A stretch of DNA of 64,000 nt from Orbicella franksi (Eukaryota). Of this stretch, positions 26,431-37,826 are shown one piece after another. Below the pieces are notes generated by a model. The model did no database searches. It was not told where the DNA came from and saw only the letters and a list, made by a program, of their open reading frames with translations. Every line of letters begins with the position of its first letter. Within the stretch, counting starts at the first letter, position 1. The stretch spans positions 12,772,001-12,836,000 of the forward strand of contig OZ116698.1 in assembly GCA_964199315.1 (NCBI GenBank), in the 5' to 3' direction. The position numbers and the translations under genes are program-made.

Positions 26431-29400
26431 ATGGAGGAAGAACACAGAAATATCCTTACAAGGCGTCGGACAGCAATCACGAAAGATTTAGAGGTGAAGA
26501 AGGTGTTGAATAAACTAACTGTTCTTGGTGATGAGGACAGGGACGAGATAAAAGCAGAAAGAACGCGCACGGAGCAGGCTCGTGCCTTACTCGATATGCT
26601 CCCAAGGAAGGGATCAAACGCCTTCACAGATTTTGTTTCTGTTCTATATGAGGTAAAAGGCCAGGAACATCTCGCCGATCTTCTGAGAAAGGATTCAGGT
26701 ATAGAAATACCGACTAATTCGAAAGGTGAGAATATTTCTTTCTCGAATGTAGTGCCGGGGTTCAAACGGACTATTTGTTAAACCTTGAATTGACGAAGGC
26801 ACTGACAGGTTATGAAGTGTATTCGTATTCTCCATATTGGACTGGAACTAGCTTGCACCTGAGGCTAATGTGGGGAGTCGTTTTAAATGCAAATAACACG
26901 AATCTCTTTTAATGATATTCCCCCACATGAGCCTCCATTGCAAGCTAGTTCCTGTTGAGAATACAAATATGGCCCATTAGAGGTCATTAGACCTGGCAGT
27001 TAATGTACTTTGCACAGGCAAATTCAATTTCCATTGGCAATTGTTACCCTGGGGATTATGCAAATCACTCCATGAACACAAAATATTAGAACTTGGCCAA
27101 TATCCTGCACCCATCTTGACCTCACACTTACATGTAGTCAATAGCCCATATGCACATCTTACTGAACGACAATAGCAATGTTTCTATTGCTAAATAGGTG
27201 GAATATTTCAGGTCATGTGTGCTAGAGGCATCCTTGGTTGAGTGTGGATCGATGCTCTCGATCGATACCCACAATCAACATCTCAATCAATACTCGATCA
27301 ACATCCTGATCAGTACTCTGTCGACGCTCTATCGACACTTGATCAATAGTCGGCCGAGTGTCAACAGACTTGTCTGAATCGATCAAAAATTAGTTGCCTC
27401 TCGATCTACTGTCAGCTATGTTGTTGATGGAGTGTCAGCCAAGGTGTCAATGGAGTGTCGATCAAGTATCAGTCGAGGGTACCAATCAAGGGTATCGATC
27501 AACATTCAAATGCGGATCCCACGCCTTTAGTACACACGATCCAATATTGCTCCAACAGTGTATGCTCTCATTGGCTACTTCAAGGTGTAACATTGAAATT
27601 GTTTCTAGCCAAAAGACTCTGAACATACAAGACTGCAAAATCTATGACATCAGAGTGTTAAACTATAAATGTTGACTAATGATTGCTGTTTTCACACTGG
27701 ATCTGCCAATTTCTTTGTTGTGCTTTATAATAAATCACTTAATGACCAGTCTTCCAGAGGAAAATAGTTAATCTTGTTTTTCATCATTATTGTCAGTGTT
27801 TCTGTCAGTTCTACATGTACCTCAGGATACTGAGATTCTTAGCCAATAAAATCAACTGTTTTCCCCATTGTTCATTGCTAATCATGAAATTTTAAGATGA
27901 AATCCGATAGAAAATCAAGCGATTTCAGTTCTTAGTGGACAAAAATCTGGTACCAGAATAATTTTAAGTATTTTACAGTCCTTTTTACATTTTCGTAAAG
28001 CTAAAGATATAAATAGTTGCCTGAAATAACACTGAAAACGATTTCCCTTGGGAATGAGAGAAAACAAATTTCAAAGTTCAGAGAAATTGTGTAAACACAG
28101 GTAAAATTTCATCAGCAGTTTCATTTCACCAGTACTTTCAAGTGATTCATGCGAAGTTCAACATTTGTTTTTGACATTTGGTGTTGCTACATGTAACAAT
28201 GATTTTTTTGAGAAGATATTTAAGACAGTCGTAGTGAAGTTTGCAATACGATGTAAATAATCTTGGTACAAAGTTTTTGTCCACTTGTTACTCGAACTTC
28301 TGGTGAATTCCATCTTAAACATTTCACACCTCACTCTAAAGGGCAATCTTTGAGGAATTCTCTGTTTTTTATTTCTTTGGTAGTTACTGGGGTATTCTAC
28401 AATTGCTCCTTAATTAATGCTTCATGCATTTCAGGCCTGCTCATTCTCACCCTTCTCCTCACACCCTCTCCCAATGTGCAGTATATTTGTTACAACTGAC
28501 AATGTATTAATAACTAATATTATTATTAATATTTTTACTACTTTTTGCTTGTAAAGATGATGTTGGAATGACAAGCCAGCACAGACAAATCCTGCGCAGA
28601 AATGTCGATAGCCTTCATCGCATAGATCTTGATAAATTGGTGGCTCATCTGTCAGCTTTATTAGATGACGAAGATAAACAAAACCTACGTAACACGGCAA
28701 AACCAGCCTACGAAAGGGTAGACATGCTTTTGACTGAAGTACTACCCCGAAGGGGTCCCACTGCATTTCACTCCTTTGTTCAAGGGCTAGAGAAAGTTGA
28801 TCCTTCAATCGCACAAAGTCTTCAACAGGAAGCTGGAATGAAAGGTATCAACAAGATTAATAATAACATTGGTTGGTGTCTTCCACTTCTGACCCTGCGG
28901 GAAGGGGAAGGGAGACTCCCATGTTAAAAGGACAGAGGTGCTCATCGGAAATTTTGAAAAGAACTCCTAAGAAGTATCTGGCTTGAAATTTTTTTTTCAC
29001 CCCTAAGAGGTACCAATTCCAGAACAACACATTAACTGACACTTGCACGGGTAGGTACATGAGACCATCAGGTTACCTCAACAATTTTCCAGTAGCCATT
29101 ATCTTCCTATCCTCTCAATGCACCATTACATTATATCACCTTTCTCTTTCAATAGGATCTTCTAATGGTGAGACATCACCTGGAAAAATGCCTGTACAAG
29201 ACACTGGTTCGTATTCATTAGATTCACTTGTCCAAGACATTCTAGATGAAAGACCAGAGATGTTAAAAAGATTTAGAGAAGAAATGGATGTAGAGGATGT
29301 TTTGGGTAATGGATGGAAGAGGTGGGATATTGTCATTTTCATTATTTCACATTTAATGGTAATCTTAGTTTATAGCAGTGTTCTATTGTTAGGAACTAAA

Positions 29401-31243
29401 AAGTAACGTTGATCTAAAAAGAGACATTCTAATTGAAGGGGTGAGTGCAAAACCATTATTGTGAAATAATGTCCATTCAATAGAGTTATAACTCAATCTA
29501 ATATTCAAAAGCATTTGTATTGGTCTTGATCTGTCTTGATCTGTTGTCAAAAATGGAACATGGATTAACAAATGAGCAGTTTTTGCTTCATAACTACTGG
29601 CTTTGTCTGCACAAATTACTAGTCAGATTTAAATAGATTATGCTAAACAGTAAAGCTTGACGGAACTACAAAACTCTGCCAGTTCAATTACATGTATTTT
29701 GCATCAAATTGACCTTTTTCTTGGTACATTGTAACACACATTCCACAGCACCAGAATGTCATCTTGAGGCTTCCAGAGAAAGAGTGTTAATTGGACCCTG
29801 TTATGTTTTGTTCTTGTATATTAGATTTTACAAAGAACTCGGTCTTCCCGATGGAAGAGAGACGTCTTTTGAGGGAAGGGAAGGAGGCCCAACGCTAAAT
29901 GTTATAAAGGGGTGGATTTCACAGCAAGGACGCAATGCGACCGTTCAGGCTCTGCTTAGTGCTGTCAACCGTTCTGAGCGTAAAGACTGTTCTTATTTCC
30001 TTGAAAAAAGTTTGGGATGTCAGCTGGACTGTGTTGATAGCCCAATTGAAAACGTAACTAAGAAAATGGGCTCGCTAAGTAAGTATTAATTTTCTTGTCT
30101 AAGTCTATCAGGGCGAAAAATGGACTCGCTAAAATGATTCCAAAGTAACCAATTAGGGAGGTTTAAAAAGCTACAGGACGTCACGGTTTGCTCATTTTGA
30201 AAATTTTAGCCTAATATTTTCAAGTTCTTTGTTTGTAATCCATGGTAATCTTGTCCATCTTTTACCATCCTTGTTCCTATATGTTTTATTATTATCTCTT
30301 TGGTGTTTTTCTGTCTTAGTAAACTACTACTTTAAGGCTTCCTTCAATTTAAAGGTAGTTCTGTACGTGACCAAAATAACTCAAAATGCTTTGACTGAGC
30401 TCCTTTAAGAACGGTGATTCTCATCTGCATACACGTTTTACTTCTTTTCCTTGGTACTTTACTGTCTTCTTGCAAACAACAGAAGGAAATAACGAAATGT
30501 TGCGTTACTTGCATGTGCTACTGAAACATAGCAGACTTCACACTTTCTTTACATACATGTATTCATTAAGAAAATGTAGCGCTTAAACCAATCCACGAAC
30601 TAATTGTATACGGCTAGGTTATCGGAAAATTCGTTGTGATTAATTTTTTACGGTTATGTTCCTAACCTTTGTAGGCACAAAACCCAGAGAAGTGAAATTC
30701 TTTGGAGACCTAAATGACAACCAAGCTACTGTCATTGTCGATAAACTGGAACAGGATGCAGAGAAACTGTTGAGAACAGAACTGGGGAGAGTGCTTAATG
30801 ACAGCAACATATCCACCAAGGATCTTATACTACGGAGTAAATCGTACCCAATCCGCAACTACACAAACTCATTGCCCGACAGTTACAGAGGACAAGCCAT
30901 TAAGACTTTAAGGGAGGCCTTAGGGACGTCTAGAGGTGTCGTGGGTGAGTGATGAGATACTGAGAACCTACAGTGTGGTCTGTCCTCAGACCCTCTATTT
31001 CGTCTTGAGTTCATCGAAATCGCACGTAACATATTACCCGCGAGGGATATGATCGAGCCAAACCGCAAGGGGGTGTATAGATGTTTTGCAATTAATATTC
31101 ATACTAGTACTTTGTACTATTCTTAGTTATTTTATAATTACTTGCAGATGTTTAGCACAGAGGGCCACTAGTTTATCAGGTCATACTGTCATGTGTCACT
31201 CTCTCTAAATAAAGTTGATTGGTTGACTGACTGACTGAGTGAC

Positions 31244-31315
<72 letters not shown>

Positions 31316-33368
31316 AGCTTGAAAACGCAAGGGGATGAGGCTTGCAAAAGACAGATAACTCGCAGTGGAAAAATACGTTTGTGCGCAGACTACTGGAAAC
31401 CTACAAAATAGAAATCTAATTTGTCTCTGTACGTTTAGACAACTTCAGGTCCTCTAGCCTTGTTGTTACTTCTTATGTTATTTTTGTTGTTTTTGTTGTT
31501 TTTTTTTCACCCAATCATACCTCTTTGGTACGCTTCGGCGGCATATCAGGCTAGTTTGGTCGAGCCATGGTTGATATTTTCCCAAAATTTGGGGAAAAGT
31601 AGGGGAGCCAAAATGCCCATGGCGAGACCAAACGAACCATGGCTCCTTTTAGGCTACGAAAACAAACTCTCAATATTTAATTCTATTTTTAAAAGTCCTT
31701 TTAGTTTCAGTATAACTCACTGAAAAAATTACTTCCTTCGAAAGTGACCATGATGTCGTAGTCATAGCAGGTCAGTGGCTTGACATCGCAGGTTATCATG
31801 ATAGTTGACACGGCTTCTATTGGCTAATCGCGAATTTGGTTACGGTAAAAGTAAGGAAAACTTTCGGGACAGTTCAAACTGGCTTCCTTGTTATTGTTTT
31901 TTCTTTTTCTTTTTCTCAGACTTTCAGCTAATTCAGCAAGAACATTCGTCCTCTTTAGCCTGCTTAGCTAGTGCTTCATATCGTGCAAGTTTGGAGGTTT
32001 ATCCTCTGTACGTCGGTAAACTGAGTAGTTTTGCGTTGCTTGTGAACGTAAATTGTTGGTGTTTAAAAGCGGAATCAGAATATACGTTTGGGAAGAAATA
32101 CTGGGAATTTGGAATCCTTTTAGTCGATTTCTTTGTTTAGTTATTATTATTTTTTGTTGTTGATGTTGTTGTTTCCATTTTTGTTCAGGTCCTTTGATGC
32201 CGCCTGATAAATTCATAAGAGACGTTGGTTACACCTTCCGAAGAAATCTGACAAGGGATTTGAGCGGTATGTTCTCACTATCCTGGCGAAAGATAAACAT
32301 TAATTAACATAACACCACCTTTTGCGGGACTGGATGTTACGGCGGCAGAACTGAATACTTTGTACCGCTTTGGTGTACTTTTCTAAAGCGATTGTTTAAC
32401 TTTAAGGTGTACTTCTGGTGAACTAGGGTTTATTTTGTATAAACATGCATTTCCAAGTATCTAAGGATTTTCTGCTTATCTTACAACTATTTGGCTGCTT
32501 TATTCCAAACCTTTTCGCTGATTTTTTCAATTTGTTCCATTTAGCTTTTTGTTTCTGCAATTTGACTAATTTTACAGGTATCTTATTCAGCAATTAGATT
32601 ATAAGCTCGAGATTTCATTTTAAACAATAGAGTGTTTCTTAACTTCTGCAGAAATTTGATGTTAAAACAAATATAATTTTAAAAACGTCAAATTTCCAAG
32701 GGGCAGCTATCAGACCGATAGTTCCGAGACATGTTGTCTTTATTCTTCACCACTAAATTTTCTTCCGCGCGCCAGTTCAAAAGCCACGCTGAATTATTTT
32801 CAACTTTTTTAGATGGAAGGCGTGAAAGTCAAATGTAAAATTTTAAAAAAGCATTTGTTTTAAGAACATCAAATTTCCGCGGGGCAACTATCAGCCGATA
32901 GTTCCTCGACAGAAACATTATTGTTTAAATAGCACCTCGTTACCTCGAGGTCGACTATCTCGGACTCCCCGCTCTTTCGAACTTAAATCATGTTCCCCTG
33001 GATATGCTTTTTCGTTGACTTACTAGGCTTTCTCGGAACCCGCGCCACCCCGTACTTATTTGCGAGTTAGTGGGGTCCAGCTGTATTGTCGTCGAAACGT
33101 TGAAGTAGCATTGATGTCTAAAATCTAACGGTGCCTGCAGTAGTTATGATCCGTTGTTTCACTGTTGTTTTCAGCCGACGACCACTGGAAGGTCTTAGCT
33201 GAGAGACTTGGAATGGAGAGCACTGCAATTCAATACCTTGACTCCCGAAGTAACAATCCGGCCGATGAGGTCCTCAGATATTGGGAGGTCAAAGCTCATA
33301 GCACCGTGGGAGCGTTGTATGACCATCTAGTCCAGATAGGATGTCCACTAATAGCGGATCTACTTTAA
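26431..33368 (+). CDS. Death-fold-only multidomain protein: CARD-CARD-death domain-(death-domain-like)-death domain, 546 aa
   Basis: Exons 26431-26725, 28557-28844, 29156-29321, 29825-30078, 30675-30944, 31920-32015, 32189-32266, 33175-33368 total 1641 nt in one open frame. CARDs: HRNIL..LLDMLPRKGSNAFTDFV and HRQIL..LLTEVLPRRGPTAFHSFV. DDs: GNGWKRFYKELGL..PTLNVIKGW..ATVQALLSAV and IRDVGYTFRRNL..DHWKVLAERLGM..PADEVLRYW..TVGALYDHLVQIG. Confidence 0.82.
31216..31314 (+). repeat. (GATT)n/(GACT)n microsatellite, probably the tail of a LINE 3' fragment
   Basis: A long GATT run directly follows aaataaagtt. Confidence 0.85.
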
Positions 33369-33891
33369 GAAATCAACTCGGGATACATCAGCGCTTTCAG
33401 ATTGCACTCGGGTCCCGGTAAATGAACTGAGCAAGCGGTTTTTGTGAGATGCGGCCTTCTCGTGAGTGCTTTACCAAGTTTTGACTAAAGTAGGAAACAT
33501 TGTTGTACAATAATTGTAGAAACAAATTACTTCAGCGTAGTCTCGCAATGCTGCATAGTTTTCCTCCAAAACTTAAAATTGACTGTTTTCGTGACATTGG
33601 TTCGGCAACAAGTTTTCTTGGTCAGACAGGCCGGCTTACAATCAGAACTCATCGAAAACGCCTTTCTAAAATGCCTTCAAAGGATAAATCTTGTCAAAAT
33701 ATCCTGAAAATAAGTTGACAAGCTGAGCGAAAATTATTGGTTTCTTCCAGGAACGTGGATGAAGAAGTCTTTGAATTGGTTAGCTCTCGAATGCAACCCA
33801 AGTGTCGCTGATTACTCTAATCAGCAATACAGTCATTTCAGTCAAGACTGATGGGAGGCAGGCTGCATTGACTCAGCATTCGCTTACTTAA

Positions 33892-35074
33892 CCCTTTGAA
33901 TACCAAACTTTTGCCAAAAAATACCGTTTTTAACCGTTTAGTCAGGTTTTTTAGCTGCCATGACGCTAAATAAGCCTAAGTTGTGCTAAAAAAAGCTTTT
34001 TTTTTGCTAAAAGGAGAGCTTTTTCGAGGATTAGGTACAATTTCGTTTGTTGGCCCTTTCCTTTCTGTTTTTCTCTGCCCTTTTACACTGGCTACCTTTT
34101 GCATTGTATGCTCTTTCTGGCTGCAGTGAAAAGTTGGATGTTAATTACGGGCGAAGCCTAGAAATGGACCTTGATCAATCATAGGCGTTGTGGACGATTT
34201 TACCACCGTTTTTGCACCAAAACTGATAATCTTGTTTTTCGATTTGCGACGTCGGAATGTGGTCGATATCTAAACCTGACCATTGTGCGGAAAGGGCTAG
34301 CCTAGTACTACTATCAGCTTATCAAGAATATCTGATGACATTTAAATTGATGACGTCACAAGTGGTACAAAGAGCACGACCATTAATTACGCATATATGC
34401 GTAGTTGGTATTCAAAGGGTTAAGCAGCACACCAACGAAAACATGTCAATTTCAGTTGATATAAAGGTTAATTAATCCTTTGGCCCCAAGGACGTATGTA
34501 CACGTCCTGAGTAGTCGTGCTCTTTTTACCACTTGTGACGTCATCAGTTTAAATGTCACCAGATATTCTTGATAAGCAGATAGTATAGCTAGGATAGATC
34601 TATCCGCACAACAGTCGGTTTGGATATCGACGACATTCTGACGTAGCAAATTGGAAAACAACGTTATCAGTTTCGGTGCAAAAATGTTGGTAAAATGGCC
34701 CACTATGCCTATGATTGATCAAGGTCCTAGTTCTCAGTAGGCTTTGCCGATAATTAACACCCAACTTTTTACGGCAGCCAGAAAGAATATGGAACGCAAA
34801 AGGTAGCGAAAGTAAAAGGGCCGAGAAAAAAGGAAGGAAAGTGGCAAGAAAGAATTTCGCAACGGGTAATCGCAAAAAAAAAAAAAAGTTGGCTTGTGCG
34901 CATGCATCAAATTGAAATATTGCACATTTTTGTACCTAATCTTCGGGAAATCTATCTTTTTGGTAACAAATAGCTTTTTCAGAAAAACGTAGGCCCATTT
35001 AGCGTCATGGCAGCCAAAAAACTGATTTAACGCTTAAAATGGCATTTTTGGGTGAAAATTTGCTAGTCAAAGGG
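33892..35074. mobile_element. Non-autonomous piggyBac-like element with TTAA TSD
   Basis: ttaa|CCCTTTGAATACCAAA ... TTTGCTAGTCAAAGGG|ttaa, with ~90 bp of imperfect terminal/subterminal inverted similarity. Confidence 0.75.
34167..34727. mobile_element. Foldback/MITE element nested in the piggyBac-like element
   Basis: GGACCTTGATCAATCATAGGC / GCCTATGATTGATCAAGGTCC. Inverted similarity extends ~230 bp on each arm, so the + ORF 34257 and the - ORF 34452 share SAYQEYL.TFKLMTSQVV. Confidence 0.8.
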
Positions 35075-35078
35075 TTAA

Positions 35079-35385
35079 AGGGACACAGTCAGCTTTGGGA
35101 CCGCGCTGACCTGGACACCAGTTTTCTCACTTTGAAAAAAGTTCACTTCAACCTGAAATCAAAGAAACTCGTCGAGTGCATCTAGAAATCCGCTTCAATC
35201 TTTGCAGTGTTTCGCTCGATTTTCAATCGTTTTCTAAAAAACTTGTTTTTGAGTGTGCTTTTGCTCATCCTATGATATTATTTTATCATATTTGATTAAG
35301 AACAGTATGGATCGAGTCTCTGTGATGTGCAAATTAGCTATGAAAGGGTATCTAATGCGCATGTGCGTCAGCTGACGGTGTCCCT
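35079..35385. mobile_element. Kolobok-like MITE with TTAA TSD
   Basis: ttaa|AGGGACACAGTCAGC ... GCTGACGGTGTCCCT|ttaa. The left TTAA is shared with the adjacent piggyBac-like element. Confidence 0.7.
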
Positions 35386-37826
35386 TTAACCGCCATAGCG
35401 AGATGGTGAAGTTGACGTTTCGACCGTCGGAGCAAAGTGCACCACTTGCTCGCCGACGCAGCGGGAGGGAAGTCTAGTTCAAACTTGTTTGCGTTCACGA
35501 CCATTACCTGATGCACAAATCGACATAGTACATTTTGCTGTCAGGAGGAATCCCGTTTATGACCTTAACGTTAGGGTCTTTGACAATTAATTCACAAGTT
35601 TATTCCTACGTTGGACTTGAATGGGAGTTTGTTTGTAAGTCTTCAATTACTAAGTTTTAACTTCATGTCTTGGAAGAGAGTCAATGGTGAACTGATAAAT
35701 TAGACCTATGGATACGTTTTCACGGAATGTGAAATTCGTGATCGCAGAATTTAGGTTAATAAATTGATACAAAAAATTTGGAAACCACATGCATTGACCC
35801 TCAGTGCTACACCGTATGGCTTTTTCGTTTTAGAAAGAGAAAGGTTTGAAAAAATGTTGTATTATGGCTAAGGAAAGCGCTCTTCTCATAGTGTGTGATT
35901 GGAAATGTAAGATATTCTTGCATGAGGCCGTGAATAGTTTGCTTGTGAATGCCTTGTAAGTATTCAACTCTATGTAACGGGCCATTATTGAGTTACCATC
36001 TGCCTCTCTATCAAAGGGAATCCTCCTCTCCGTGCAAAAGTGTGTTTCACCTGCACGCTCGTCTTTATTTGGAACTTTTTGCACAGGAACTCGTTTTGAA
36101 ACAGACGTAAAAGTAAAACTCAGAAGTGGTCTAGGGTTGGGAGTCAATTAGAGACGGGCCATTATTTTTTTGAGAAAAGGGGTGGGGATTGGGCAATTTT
36201 CCATAAAGAAAATTCCTGTACAGCAAAAAGTGCTCAAAACAATTTTGAAAGGGAAGCCATGGGGAAAAAAATCAAGCAGGTGCTTTCTATTACCATTATT
36301 TTGGTTTTTGACGTTAAAAAAAAAATTCTTGCACTAGCTATTGCCCACCAAAAAAACGTAATGGTCAACCTATAGGTGAGAGAAAATTTTTGTGCCCCAG
36401 AAAACATCCCAACCCCCTCCCCCTCCAAAAAAAAATGGTCCGTCCGTTATATCTTGTACAATAGCTTGTTATAAAATTATGGTTATGTAAGGTAGTCGCA
36501 TTATGGTGACTATAAATAGATTTAAGATGAAAAACACGTGTCGTGGCACATAATATGCCTCGCATTATCAGGCTCCTGGTATTATTTGATCAAACTAGTG
36601 GTAATGACGCACGCGCGCGCTATATAAACACACGTGTATCAATTATCTTAAAAACTAGTTCATGTTTTTTTGTCTTAATAAGATTGATCAGTTAGATGTT
36701 AAAAGATATTTATAATAAACTATGCTAAGCAGTTTGAAATGCTCTGGGTGACTTTCTGAAGGGATCTTGTTTATGTCAACCAGGGTGTGTTCATAAACTT
36801 GATAACATACCAAACTCGAAATGTGTCGTGCAATCCTGTAGTGCGGCCACGACTAAGTGGCCATATTTGGTATTGTGGACAGAAATCACGCGCATCTTTT
36901 GTCCGAGTGTGACTGCGACCGAGACATGAAGACGCAAATGGCTTCTGTCGTATATGGGAAAAAATGATTTCAAAATACTGACTCCAAATATTAAGGATTA
37001 TTCCTCAGAATTGCATCGCGCATCCCTACTGCGCACGATTTTCGCGTCATCAGCGCGCGCTCGCGAGGCGAGTGCATATACACAACATATACAAAATGGT
37101 GGCTTTTTCTAAACGGCTTGGCTTGCTAGAGACAAATCCACGTGTTTTCTCGGAAACGAGTACCGGGACCTAACGATATTTTTTGTTTAGTTTGAATGCA
37201 CCAATCACCTTCTTTCTATGCAGTGAATATAGACCAATTTCTATTGCAGAGTAACAAATTATCACTGAAAATGACAGCATAGGTAGCACTCGTAAAAGAT
37301 AACATGTGCCCTCAAGAATACTGTGTGCTTGAAACATATTGAATCCCTGTCGACTAAATATGAGTGCCTTTATCATGAAACGTCAAATTGCTTCTCAACA
37401 TTGATGCAATATATCCATTGTTGTGTTTGTCGCTTAACGTTCTCCCTATTTTTCTGCTCTCACAAAGCGTAAAGTGAGTGGTTCAAATATAAACGCTTCT
37501 AAAAGCAGATAATTTAAGGAATTATGGGGTTTATTGAAGAACTTCCTGTTCCTAAACGAATGCCGGGACCCCCCTTTTTATTTCAAAATTCAAGTTCTCT
37601 TGATATAAGCAGCCAACTGGCAAAATTTGAATGAAAAGCTATTGTGCGAATCTGACACAAGTACGTTCTACAATGCCGGGAACGTTTTGCACACTTACTC
37701 TAGTTTCCCTGGGTAACTTATTTATATCAACAACAAAAGCATCAAACTCTTTCAGGGTCCACATTTTCAGCGCGCGCGTGAAATCGTTTGTGTCGTAGCC
37801 GGAACGTCCATTATGACTATAATTAT

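Noticed and set aside
31520-31570. YASAAYQASLVE segment resembling adaptor exon 6 (LASASYRASLE), a possible alternative exon
   Set aside because: There is no AG acceptor after the upstream pyrimidine tract, and the similarity is too short to exclude chance.
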